Positions 28,520 to 37,572 of a stretch of DNA of 64,000 nt are shown here, in pieces. The notes under the pieces were generated by a model. It saw nothing but the letters and a program-made list of their open reading frames with translations, searched no databases and had not been told where the DNA came from. Source of the stretch: Candidatus Iainarchaeum sp. (GTDB taxonomy: Archaea > Iainarchaeota > Iainarchaeia > Iainarchaeales > UBA10219); NCBI GenBank assembly GCA_018304425.1, contig JAGVWE010000004.1, forward strand, positions 187,189 to 251,188. The letters are read 5' to 3'. Numbering within the stretch: position 1 is the stretch's first letter; every line of letters starts with the position of its first letter. The position numbers and the translations under genes were made by a program.

Positions 28520-29260
28520 ATGACTACCGGCCTCCACCCCGCCTCTCCGAGATTTCCCCGGCTGGCAGCGGCCGCGAGGACCGCCCGCGAGGTCATGGCA
28601 AAGGGCAAGAGGAAGCGGAATGCGGCCCTACTGGGGACCGCGCTCCTCGGTGGCCTGGTGCTGAGCAAGGTGGCGGCCCGCTCCCCCGCAGAGAAGCTGC
28701 GCGCGAGGGAGATAGAGGTCGCGCAGCAAATCCTGGAGAATCCGCGCTTCCCCGTGCCGCGGAGGGTCTATCTAACCGGGGACGCCAAACTGGATTCCCC
28801 CGGCAACTGCACGGGCTGGGTGCGGAACCTCGCTTCCCGACTGTATGGGCGGAACTATGAGACCGGCAGGAACGCCTTCGTCTTCGCCGAGTGCAACAAG
28901 GTCCTCGAACGCAGGTGGGGTAAAGGGGCGAACGGACAGTATGTCAGGACGGGCTTCACGCAGGCCGAAATCGTCGACCGCATCGCGTCCGGTGTCATCA
29001 AGCCCGGCACCGCCATCGGCACCTATTATGCTGACAGCCCCCACAACCTGGAGGGGGCACCCTACTCGCATGTCGTCATGTACTTGGGCCCGCAACTCGT
29101 GATGGAACCCGTGATGGAGAACGGGAAGGGGGTCCAGCGCATGAGAGTCGTCCACTGGTTCGGCCACAACTTCGTGAAGGGGCCCGCCACGGCTCCCCTC
29201 GAGAGCTTTTTCGCTTCCGGTTCGAGGCTCCAATTCCTTGATATCCTGCGTCCGAAATGA
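28520..29260 (+). CDS. Secreted or anchored NlpC/P60-CHAP-like cysteine hydrolase
   Basis: Basic plus hydrophobic N-terminus; GNCTGWVR, IKPG, YSHVVMYLG. Confidence 0.6.
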   Translation: MTTGLHPASPRFPRLAAAARTAREVMAKGKRKRNAALLGTALLGGLVLSKVAARSPAEKLRAREIEVAQQILENPRFPVPRRVYLTGDAKLDSPGNCTGWVRNLASRLYGRNYETGRNAFVFAECNKVLERRWGKGANGQYVRTGFTQAEIVDRIASGVIKPGTAIGTYYADSPHNLEGAPYSHVVMYLGPQLVMEPVMENGKGVQRMRVVHWFGHNFVKGPATAPLESFFASGSRLQFLDILRPK

Positions 29261-29266
29261 CGGAAG

Positions 29267-29341
29267 TGCCGTGGGGCAGATTTGAACCGCCGACCCCCAG
29301 ATTATGAGTCTGGTGCTCTAACCAGGCTGAGCTACCACGGC
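29267..29341 (-). tRNA. tRNA-Met(CAT), probably elongator
   Basis: CCAGA-CT-CAT-AA-TCTGG; GCCGTGG acceptor; Ile2 not excluded. Confidence 0.9.
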
Positions 29342-29377
29342 AAAAGAAGTCGCGTAGGGATTTACCGCATAAAACAT

Positions 29378-30073
29378 TTATAAGGCTTTTTCAGGGTGGG
29401 CGAACGCCTTAAGGTGGTCGGCGCGGTCGATCAATCGGATGTGCTTGTCGTGCAAGACCAGTTTGTCGGCGTAGCCGAGGAACAACCCGGTTTCGAGGAC
29501 TCCGGCCAGGTCCTTGGCCTGGAAGTCGAGGTCCTCGTAGGAGTAGAGGTTGTCGACTTTGACGTCCACCAGGTAGTTGCCGGTCTCGGTTTTGAATGGC
29601 GTGCCGTGTTCCAATCGAAGCGAGGCCCTGCCCATGCGTTCGAGTGCGGCCAGGGTCCGCTTCCAGCCGAAGGCCGCGACCTCGAAGGGAATGCTTCCAT
29701 GCAGGCGTTCGACGAGGTGTCGTGCCTCCGCGACCACGAACAATTCGGCCGCGCTCTGGGCAATCATCTTGTCGAGGATGAGCGAGTGCGTGTCGCGTTT
29801 CACGTAGTTCAGGTCCTCGTCGACTTGCGCGGCGAACTCGATGCCTACATCCACTTCATGGTCGTTGAGGGAAACCATGGGCAGATGGCAGGCGGAGGCG
29901 AGGGCGGCCAGCCGCGCCGAGCCCGGAACGAACTTCACGTGGATGCCGCGTTGCTCGGCGGACAACGCGAGCTTTTTCACGAACCTTTCCCCGGCCTCGG
30001 AGGTGCCGATGCTCACGACGTCTCCGTCGTGCACGTACCTGGCGACGAAGTCCTCCATGGATTGCTCGTGCAT
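29378..30073 (-). CDS. rpiA: Ribose-5-phosphate isomerase A homolog with degenerate active-site motifs
   Basis: PFEV, PF.TE.GNYLVD, GVLETGLF are RpiA-like; GTGST, DGADE and KGGG motifs are altered. Confidence 0.8.
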   Translation of the reverse strand: MHEQSMEDFVARYVHDGDVVSIGTSEAGERFVKKLALSAEQRGIHVKFVPGSARLAALASACHLPMVSLNDHEVDVGIEFAAQVDEDLNYVKRDTHSLILDKMIAQSAAELFVVAEARHLVERLHGSIPFEVAAFGWKRTLAALERMGRASLRLEHGTPFKTETGNYLVDVKVDNLYSYEDLDFQAKDLAGVLETGLFLGYADKLVLHDKHIRLIDRADHLKAFAHPEKAL

Positions 30074-30158
30074 AGGACCATTAATAGGGTTTAACCGTTA
30101 TTTAAGGGTTTCTGGGGCTTTTGGCAAGGTTTTTATGTTCCCACAGCGTAGTCCTATT

Positions 30159-30923
30159 ATGGCCAAGCCCGCGCGTCCCGAAATAAAGAAGCCCAGGCAA
30201 TTCAATGCCTTTGAGCGCTTCATGCTTGGGCGGGCCGTCCGCCGCGCCTTTCCCACCCACAAGGGAAGCGAGTTGCGGAGGAAAGTCGAAGAATACCGCT
30301 CGGATTTTGAAAGCGAAATGGCGCGGGTCCGTTACGTTCCAAAAAAGCGTTTGCGGCCCATGGGTTTCGTGCAGCGGTGGAAAGCCAGGAAGCTCATCGA
30401 CCACATGGAATACCCTTTGCCGGCAGGGGCTCCCGAAGTGGAGAGGGAATTGGTTGCGCGGCGGTTAACGGCTGCCAAGACTTTCCTGCGCAGGCTGGCA
30501 GCGGATCCCCTGACGCGGCGCGCCTTGTTTGATGCATTCCATACGAGCCTCCTGAAAACGATTACCGCTGAGTTGTCAGCGCGTGATTTTCCAACAAAGA
30601 CCTTTGTTGATAGCAAGGAGAGAACCCGGCCCGGTGCCCGGCGGTTCAGGCTTTACTCGAAAGAAAAAAGCGCGGAAGCTGGTGGCAAGCAGAGCCAGCT
30701 TCACTTGTATGCCAGGCCCGTTGAAGGCGGTTACTCGGAGCTGGCCGAGCACGAGTTAACCCATTTGGCCATCTGCATGGAGGCCTTGGAGAACCCCCAC
30801 GGCTTCACCCTGTCGAAACGCCAGTATTCAGCCATCCTGGTGCGGGTGCGGCGGATTTTGGGTGAACACCCCAGCCTTTCAGCCAAAGAATTTTATTCCC
30901 ATTATGCGGAAGTCATGAGGTGA
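30159..30923 (+). CDS. Hypothetical basic protein with HExxH, paralog 1
   Basis: MAKP.., MEYPLPA, SELAEHELTH. Confidence 0.75.
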   Translation: MAKPARPEIKKPRQFNAFERFMLGRAVRRAFPTHKGSELRRKVEEYRSDFESEMARVRYVPKKRLRPMGFVQRWKARKLIDHMEYPLPAGAPEVERELVARRLTAAKTFLRRLAADPLTRRALFDAFHTSLLKTITAELSARDFPTKTFVDSKERTRPGARRFRLYSKEKSAEAGGKQSQLHLYARPVEGGYSELAEHELTHLAICMEALENPHGFTLSKRQYSAILVRVRRILGEHPSLSAKEFYSHYAEVMR

Positions 30924-30927
30924 ATGG

Positions 30928-31713
30928 ATGGCCAAACCAAGGCACCCAGAAATATTGAAGCCCAGGCCGCTCACCCGGGCCCAGAGCCGTTTTGTCAGGC
31001 GGCGGGTGCGAAAGGAGACCCCTGGCAGGACGGCGCGCAGTAGAACGAAGGCAGTCCGTGCACGGATTGAAGCAATCGAGCACGATATCGCGAGGCTGCG
31101 GTATATTCCCAAGCCGGTTCTCCTGCCCATGCATGGACTCGCCAGCGAGAAGACCCGAACCCTGATTCGGGAGATGTATTATCCCTTGCCGGCCAATGCA
31201 TCGGCTGAATGCAGGTCGCTGGTCGAGCAACGGCTGTCAGCAGCAAAGCAGTTCCTTTACAAGCAATGGAAAAACCCCTCGCTGTCGCAGGCTTTGTTCA
31301 ATTCCTATTACAGTGGTTTGCTGAAAACACTGGTCACCGAACTCTATTGGCGCAGAGACGTTCTGCAAGACGCGCAATTCACGTTCCTTGAAAGCCCGAT
31401 GATTGGTTCCCGCCGGCGGTTTCCCAGTTATGAGCCGAAGCAGAGGCAATTGGCAGCTATTCTAAAAGGTGGGACGCTGACCCCAAAGCAACACGCCTTG
31501 TATGCTTCGCCCAATGAAACCGGCAGGTCAGAGCTCAGGGAACACGAATTCATGCACTTGGCCATTGGCATGGAGATTTTCAGGCGCCCTGAAAGTTTTG
31601 ACCTCGAAAAAGCCTACAAGCGAGTGGTTGGAAAAGTGAAGCGGATTCTCCGGGAAAAACAAGTCTATTCCCCCGTGGAATTCTACGCTGAATACCAAAA
31701 AACCATGGACTGA
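30928..31713 (+). CDS. Hypothetical basic protein with HExxH, paralog 2
   Basis: MAKP.., MYYPLPA, SELREHEFMH. Confidence 0.75.
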   Translation: MAKPRHPEILKPRPLTRAQSRFVRRRVRKETPGRTARSRTKAVRARIEAIEHDIARLRYIPKPVLLPMHGLASEKTRTLIREMYYPLPANASAECRSLVEQRLSAAKQFLYKQWKNPSLSQALFNSYYSGLLKTLVTELYWRRDVLQDAQFTFLESPMIGSRRRFPSYEPKQRQLAAILKGGTLTPKQHALYASPNETGRSELREHEFMHLAIGMEIFRRPESFDLEKAYKRVVGKVKRILREKQVYSPVEFYAEYQKTMD

Positions 31714-31722
31714 CCACGTTAA

Positions 31723-31794
31723 AGCCCTCCCCGGGAATCGAACCCGGGACCTCGTCCTTACCAAGGACGTGCTCTACCACTGAGCCAGGAGGGC
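31723..31794 (-). tRNA. tRNA-Thr(GGT)
   Basis: CGTCC-TT-GGT-AA-GGACG, GGTTCGATTCC. Confidence 0.95.
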
Positions 31795-31856
31795 CAATAA
31801 TTCAAACTAATTGCCTCCGCAAAGGGTTTTAAAGCTTGGCTCGCCGCTTCCCGGCT

Positions 31857-32342
31857 TCAGCAGCCTAAGAGGTTTTTTTCGACGTAGATGTCCGTCGTGC
31901 CCCCATGGGCCTGGCTGAACACGCGTTTCACGACCTGGAAGCCTTGCGCGCGGTAGAAGGCAAGCGTTTCCGGTTCGCCGCAGAGGATGAACGCGCGGAC
32001 CTTGGCGGCGTGCCGTTGCCGGAACTCGTGCAAGGCTTTTTCCAGCAACTCGGCGCCGAAGCCCGCCCGCTTTTTTTCGGGCAAGACGAGGAACTGCTCG
32101 ATGGTGCCATGCAATGCGCCCGTCTTGCAGTAAATGAAGCCGGTTACTTTCCGGTGTTCCCTGGCCACGAAGCAAAACCGTTTCTTGCCCGCGAAGTGCT
32201 TGACGTAGTCCAGGGTGATGTGGGCAACCCTTTCCTCGAAGGCGTGCGTGGGCAGCTTGTGGTGGTAAGCCGAAATCCAGGAGACCAGGAAGGTTTCCAG
32301 CACGTCCACGGCATCGCTTTCCTCGAACCGCTTGATGAGCAT
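31857..32342 (-). CDS. GNAT N-acetyltransferase
   Basis: VLPEKKRAGFG.ELL, FY..QGF. Confidence 0.85.
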   Translation of the reverse strand: MLIKRFEESDAVDVLETFLVSWISAYHHKLPTHAFEERVAHITLDYVKHFAGKKRFCFVAREHRKVTGFIYCKTGALHGTIEQFLVLPEKKRAGFGAELLEKALHEFRQRHAAKVRAFILCGEPETLAFYRAQGFQVVKRVFSQAHGGTTDIYVEKNLLGC

Positions 32343-33595
32343 TATTTCACCAAATCGTTTACTTTATTCAAGTCGCTTACCTTTAACTTGGTTTCCTTGC
32401 CGCTCGCCAGGTCCTTCAAGGTGAGTTCGCCTGCCGCTAGGTCCTTCTCCCCGACAATCAAGACGAATGGCACGCCCAAGCGGCTCGCGTACGCCAGGTT
32501 CTTGCTGATGCCGCGCCCGCAGAGGTCCATGTCCGTGTTCACGCCCATCCCGCGCAGCCTCTGCGCGAGGTCAACGGCCGGCTTCAACGCGGTTTCCCCG
32601 ATGGGGGCCACGAACACCCGCGTCCGGTTCTGCGCCGGCAACCGGTCTTCGAGGACGTCCAGCAGCCGGTCGACGCCGAAGCTGATACCCGTGGCAGGAC
32701 TCTCTTGCCCTCCATACAGACCGACCAGCTTGTCGTACCTTCCGCCGCCGGCGATGCTCGCCACTCCCGGCACCATGACCTCGAAGACGTTGCCCGTGTA
32801 ATACTCCAGGCCCCGCGCGAGTGAAAGGTCCAACTGCACCTTGCCCTTGCAGCCCTGCGCTTCCAGCATCCCAATCAAGTCCAGCGCTTCCTTTAGGCCT
32901 TCGCTGTCCTTGCCGACCTGCTTCATCGCGCTCGCCGCGTCGTTCTGGCGCACGACTTCCAGGATGTCCGTGGGGATGCCCTTCTCTTTTAGTTCCTTCT
33001 CGACGCCCTTCCACTCGATTTTGTCGGCCTTGTCGAGGCTGCGGAAACAGTCCACGACCTGCTCGGGCTTCACCTTGCACTTCTTCGCGAGTTCCTCGAG
33101 CAGCTTCCGGTTGTTCACCTTCACCTTTGCGTCAAGGCCCAGGCGCTTCACGATTTCGAGCGCACAGGCAATCACTTCGAAGTCCGCGAGCGTGGAGTTT
33201 CCCCCCACCGTGTCCGCATCCGCCTGTGTGAACTCCCGGTAGCGGTTGGCGCCCGGCCGGTCATACCGCCACACCTGCCCGATTGCATAGCGCTTGAAGG
33301 GCTTCGACAGGTCCCGGTTGGTTGCCACTACGCGACCCATTGGCACCGTCAAGTCAAACCGCAATCCGATGTTGCGGTCGCCCTGGTCCTTGAACCAATA
33401 AATTTCCTTGGAAATCTCCTGGCCCCCCGCCCCCTTCTTGGCCAGCAACTCGAGTTCTTCGAGTGCGGGCGTCTGCAGGGGATAGAACCCGTACAACTCG
33501 AACACCTGCCGGCAGGTGTCCTCGATGAACTGCTTCTTCTTCATGCGTTCCGGGAGAAAGTCCCGCGTGCCGCGCACGTTTTGAAAGGTCGTCAT
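32342..33595 (-). CDS. hisS: Histidyl-tRNA synthetase
   Basis: RGTRDFLP, LRFDLTVP, RYREFTQ, LARGLEYYTG, GGGRYD. Confidence 0.97.
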   Translation of the reverse strand: MTTFQNVRGTRDFLPERMKKKQFIEDTCRQVFELYGFYPLQTPALEELELLAKKGAGGQEISKEIYWFKDQGDRNIGLRFDLTVPMGRVVATNRDLSKPFKRYAIGQVWRYDRPGANRYREFTQADADTVGGNSTLADFEVIACALEIVKRLGLDAKVKVNNRKLLEELAKKCKVKPEQVVDCFRSLDKADKIEWKGVEKELKEKGIPTDILEVVRQNDAASAMKQVGKDSEGLKEALDLIGMLEAQGCKGKVQLDLSLARGLEYYTGNVFEVMVPGVASIAGGGRYDKLVGLYGGQESPATGISFGVDRLLDVLEDRLPAQNRTRVFVAPIGETALKPAVDLAQRLRGMGVNTDMDLCGRGISKNLAYASRLGVPFVLIVGEKDLAAGELTLKDLASGKETKLKVSDLNKVNDLVK

Positions 33596-33635
33596 AACCC
33601 ATACCTCCTAAGTTCCTTGCAGTTTAATAGGTTTT

Positions 33636-33740
33636 GCCTTCGGGCTGTGTCCTGCGCAGCAGGACACGTTTCCCCGAAGACGCGGTCTTCGGGGCCTCGT
33701 CCCCAAGGGGACAAGGTCGCAGGCCTTTTGTCAAAAGGCC
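33636..33740. repeat. Cluster of five adjacent hairpins between hisG and hisS
   Basis: gcc/ggc, gtgtcctgc/gcaggacac, ccccgaagac/gtcttcgggg, cctcgtcccc/ggggacaagg, ggcctttt/aaaaggcc. Confidence 0.8.
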
Positions 33741-34625
33741 TCACGGCACCACCCGGTTGAACTCGAATTCCACCAAGTCCGTGGCCCCCGCCTTCTTGAT
33801 GAGCGGGATAAGGCCCGGCACCGCCTCCCGGTCCACGGCCACGTTCACGGCATAGCCTTCCTCGCCGTAGAGCTTGGCAATGGTGGGTTTTCGCAGGCAG
33901 GGCAGGATTTTCACCAGCTCATCCAGGCGTTCCGCGGACACGTTCATGACCAGCATGGACTTCTTCTTGCCCAACAGCACGCTCTGCAACAGCGTATTGA
34001 TTTCCGCGATTTTAGCGCGCTTGGCCTCGTCCGCCCAGGCTGCCTTGTTCGCGATGAGCCGCGTTGTTGACTCCATGACCGTGTCCAGGATGCAGAGGTT
34101 GTTGGCCTTCAACGAGCTCCCCGTCTCGGTCAACTCCACGATGGCGTCCACCAGCCGCGGGCACTTCGCCTCCGTGGCCCCCCACGAAAACTCGACCGCG
34201 GCGCGCACCCCATTGCGGGCCAGGTATTCCTTTGCCAGGTTCACGTACTCGGTGGCCACGCGCTTTCCCTCCACGTCCTTCACCGACTTGATGCCGGAAT
34301 CACAGGGCGCAGCCAAGACCACGCGCACCTTGCCGAACCCCTGCTTGGAGTACAGCAACTCGCTGACCTCCTCGACCCTCGCTCCGCTCTCCGCAATCCA
34401 GTCCTTGCCCGTGATGCCCGCATCCATGACCCCGTCCTCGACGAACCTGGCCATCTCCTGCGCGCGCACCATCATGACCTCGATGCCCGGGTCGCTGATG
34501 GCCGGAAAGTAGCTTCTTTCCGTGGCCTTGATGCGCAGGCCCGCCGCGTTGAACAACTCGACGGTCGCGTCCTGCAGGCTCCCCTTCGGGATGCCCAACT
34601 TCAATTTCTCCTTCGTTTCGTTCAT
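33741..34625 (-). CDS. hisG: ATP phosphoribosyltransferase, long form
   Basis: [31 protein letters not shown]-terminal regulatory domain. Confidence 0.95.
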   Translation of the reverse strand: MNETKEKLKLGIPKGSLQDATVELFNAAGLRIKATERSYFPAISDPGIEVMMVRAQEMARFVEDGVMDAGITGKDWIAESGARVEEVSELLYSKQGFGKVRVVLAAPCDSGIKSVKDVEGKRVATEYVNLAKEYLARNGVRAAVEFSWGATEAKCPRLVDAIVELTETGSSLKANNLCILDTVMESTTRLIANKAAWADEAKRAKIAEINTLLQSVLLGKKKSMLVMNVSAERLDELVKILPCLRKPTIAKLYGEEGYAVNVAVDREAVPGLIPLIKKAGATDLVEFEFNRVVP

Positions 34626-35614
34626 TTTCTTTCCTCCACCTTGCCAAAAAAGCAACTCCGTTGATTGGTGTGACACGCGTTGCCGGTCTGCTCGACCCGA
34701 AACAACAACGCGTCCGCGTCACAGTCGAAGCGCACTTCCCGCACGCGCTGGAAGTTGCCGCTCGTCTCCCCCTTCGTCCACAGCGCCTTGCGGCTCCGGC
34801 TCCAGTAACAGGCCTTGCCCTCGCGCAGGGTCTTCTCCAGCGAAGCGCGGCTCACATAGGCCAGCATCAGGACCTCGCCGTTGCCCGCATCCTGCACCAC
34901 GGCCGGAATCAAGCCGCGGCCCTTGCCGAAGTCCAGGCGATTGAACGCCAGCGCGTCCTCAACGGAAATCCTTCCCTCGTACAACGCCATGCCCACCACC
35001 GCATCCACGCCCAGCCAGTCCAGGCGCGCCACCTCAGCCAGGGAGGACACCCCACCCGCATAGACCAGCCTGTTCCGGGTCAGCCTGGCCAGCCTTTCCA
35101 CGCGCCCGAAATCAAAGCCCGCCATCCGCCCCTCGACCTCCACAAAGGTGGCCATGAACTCCCCGCAATAGTCCTCCAACTCTGGCAGCAGTTCCTCCGG
35201 AGTCCGCGACGTCGCCTCCTTCCAGCCCTTCACGACGATGCGGCCGTCCTTCGAGTCCAGGGCCGCGACCACTTTCTCCCTTCCCACCACGCCAGCCAGC
35301 TCCGACAGGAAGCCTTTCTCGGCCTTCGACCCGACGATGACCTTCTTCGCCCCGGCCTCCACCAGCGCGACCGCTTTCTCCACCGAGTCGATGCCGCCTC
35401 CCACCCGCGCCCGCACCTTCCAGCACAACGCCTGCACGGTCTCCAGGTTAGAGCCCTCGCGCAACGCGGCATCCAAATCAATGACCTGGACTTCCCGGAA
35501 CCCCTTGAACCGCTCCGCTAAGCCATCCACGTCCGTGGACTCCCACTTCTTCTCGCGGCCGCCCACGAGCTGCACCGCCTTGCCATCCATCAAATCAATC
35601 GCCGGAATGATCAT
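34622..35614 (-). CDS. hisA: ProFAR isomerase / phosphoribosyl-AMP cyclohydrolase fusion (HisA-HisI)
   Basis: [18 protein letters not shown]; [31 protein letters not shown]...SCF. Confidence 0.93.
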   Translation of the reverse strand: MIIPAIDLMDGKAVQLVGGREKKWESTDVDGLAERFKGFREVQVIDLDAALREGSNLETVQALCWKVRARVGGGIDSVEKAVALVEAGAKKVIVGSKAEKGFLSELAGVVGREKVVAALDSKDGRIVVKGWKEATSRTPEELLPELEDYCGEFMATFVEVEGRMAGFDFGRVERLARLTRNRLVYAGGVSSLAEVARLDWLGVDAVVGMALYEGRISVEDALAFNRLDFGKGRGLIPAVVQDAGNGEVLMLAYVSRASLEKTLREGKACYWSRSRKALWTKGETSGNFQRVREVRFDCDADALLFRVEQTGNACHTNQRSCFFGKVEERK

Positions 35615-36366
35615 GGTCGCACCTCAACCCTTTTTTCCTTCAAGAACGCTTTCACTTGCCCAATCGTCAACTCCCCAAAATGGAAGACGCTCGCTGCCAG
35701 CACGGCGTCCGCGCCTCCAACGGCAACCGCGTCGTAGAAGTCTTGGAGGCCGCCCGCGCCCCCCGAGGCGATGACGGGAATGCGCGCCCGCACCCCAATC
35801 GCCGCCAGCAACTCCACGTCAAACCCCTGCTTGGTGCCATCGCGGTCCATGGAGGTTACTAGCAGTTCCCCCGCGCCCAGTTCCTCGGCTTGCTTCGCCC
35901 ACTGCACCGCGTCAAGCCCGGTCGCCTGCGAGCCCGCGCGCGAATACATTTCCCACCCTGCTCCCACCCGTTTCGCGTCAATCGCCACGACCACGGCCTG
36001 GCTCCCAAACTCCCGCGCCAACTCGCCAATGAGTTCAGGCCGCTCCACCGCCGCTGAGTTGACCGTGACCCGGTCGGCCCCGGCCAAAAGCAGTTCCCTG
36101 GCCGCTTTAACCGACTTAATGCCGCCGCCCACGGTCAAGGGCACGAAGACGCGCCGGGCCGTCCGCCGAACCAATTCCACCACGGTCTTCCGTTCTTCGA
36201 CCGTGGCCCCGATATCCAGGAAAGCGATTTCGTCCGCGCCCTCCGCATAATATTTTTCCGCCAACTCCACGGGCAAGCCTGCCGGCTGAAGGCATCCGAA
36301 ACGGACTCCTTTCACGACCTTCCCGCCCTTCACGTCCAGGCAGGGGATGATTCTCTTCGCCAACAT
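35611..36366 (-). CDS. hisF: IGP synthase cyclase subunit
   Basis: [32 protein letters not shown]. Confidence 0.97.
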   Translation of the reverse strand: MLAKRIIPCLDVKGGKVVKGVRFGCLQPAGLPVELAEKYYAEGADEIAFLDIGATVEERKTVVELVRRTARRVFVPLTVGGGIKSVKAARELLLAGADRVTVNSAAVERPELIGELAREFGSQAVVVAIDAKRVGAGWEMYSRAGSQATGLDAVQWAKQAEELGAGELLVTSMDRDGTKQGFDVELLAAIGVRARIPVIASGGAGGLQDFYDAVAVGGADAVLAASVFHFGELTIGQVKAFLKEKRVEVRP

Positions 36367-36370
36367 GTTC

Positions 36371-36970
36371 TCACGCTTCCACGAAATTCCTCAACACCTG
36401 CAGCCCCACGGGGCCGCTCTTCTCCGGGTGGAACTGTACGGCCCACACATTTTCGCATTCCACGGCCGAAACGAATGACTCGCCGTACTCGCTCCGCGCC
36501 GCCACGAGGTCGGGCGCGGTCCGCTTCACGGCGAACGAGTTCACGAAGTACGCGTAGGCGCCATCCTCGACGCCCTCGAAGAGCCGCGTCTTCCGCGTCA
36601 AGCGCAACCGGTTCCACCCGATTTGCGGCACCTTCCGCGCAACCGTGAACCGCTCCACCCTTCCCCCCAGCAACCCAAGGCCGCTCGCGTCCAGGCTTTC
36701 CTCGCTCCCCTCGAACAGCAATTGGAACCCCAGGCAGATGCCCAGGAAAGGCGTGCCCTCCCGCACCCGCTCCCTGAGCGCCGCCTCCAAGCCCGTGCGC
36801 CGAAGGGAGGCCAGGGCCGAGCCGAAGTTGCCCACACCGGGGAGCAGGATTTTGTCGGCCCCTGCCAGGTCTTTCGGCCCGGACGCGGTTATGTAGCTTG
36901 CACCCAGCCAGTCCAAGGCATTCCCCAGGCTGCCCAGGTTGCCCGCGCCATAGTCCACGATTCCAATCAC
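36371..36970 (-). CDS. hisH: IGP synthase glutamine amidotransferase subunit
   Basis: IVDYGAGNL.S, LPGVG, LGICLG, QFHPEKS; GTG start overlaps the hisB stop. Confidence 0.95.
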   Translation of the reverse strand: MIGIVDYGAGNLGSLGNALDWLGASYITASGPKDLAGADKILLPGVGNFGSALASLRRTGLEAALRERVREGTPFLGICLGFQLLFEGSEESLDASGLGLLGGRVERFTVARKVPQIGWNRLRLTRKTRLFEGVEDGAYAYFVNSFAVKRTAPDLVAARSEYGESFVSAVECENVWAVQFHPEKSGPVGLQVLRNFVEA

Positions 36971-37572
36971 GTTTTCACCTCCCGCAACCTTCCCTTCGTG
37001 CTCGGCACGCCCCGCATTCTCGCATCCGGCTCGACCGCCATCCGCAAAGCCTTTCCAAACGACTTGAACAGGGCTTCCGCGATGTGGTGCGAGTTCCTTC
37101 CCGCCAACAACCGCAGTTGCAGCGTGCAGCCTAGGTTGGTGGCCAGCGCTTCGAAGAAGTGCTCGACCATCTCCGCACTCAAGTCCCCGACCTTCTTCGC
37201 CGGGAACCCGGCCTCGAACGCGAGCTTTCCCCGCCCGCTCAAGTCCAGCGCGCACAAGGCCAGGCTCTCGTCCATGGGCAGGACGAAAAAGCCATAGCGG
37301 TTGATGCCATTTCGGTCGCCCAGCGCCTGACTCAAGGCCTGGCCCAAGGCGATGCCCGCGTCCTCGACCAAGTGGTGCTCGTCGAACCGGTCCACGCACT
37401 CGGCCTCCAGCTTCACGTCCACGAGGCTCTTCGCGGCCACCTGTTCCAGCATGTGGTCGAAGAAGTCAATCCCCGTTCGCACCGCGAATTTTCCGGTGCC
37501 GTCCAGGTCGACTTCCACGCGCACGCGCGTCTCCTTCGTCTTCCGCTCCACCCTTGCCTTCCTCATCTCCAT
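36967..37572 (-). CDS. hisB: Imidazoleglycerol-phosphate dehydratase
   Basis: R.TKET, FFDHML, DEHHLVED, PMDESL, NSHHIAEALFK. Confidence 0.96.
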   Translation of the reverse strand: MEMRKARVERKTKETRVRVEVDLDGTGKFAVRTGIDFFDHMLEQVAAKSLVDVKLEAECVDRFDEHHLVEDAGIALGQALSQALGDRNGINRYGFFVLPMDESLALCALDLSGRGKLAFEAGFPAKKVGDLSAEMVEHFFEALATNLGCTLQLRLLAGRNSHHIAEALFKSFGKALRMAVEPDARMRGVPSTKGRLREVKT

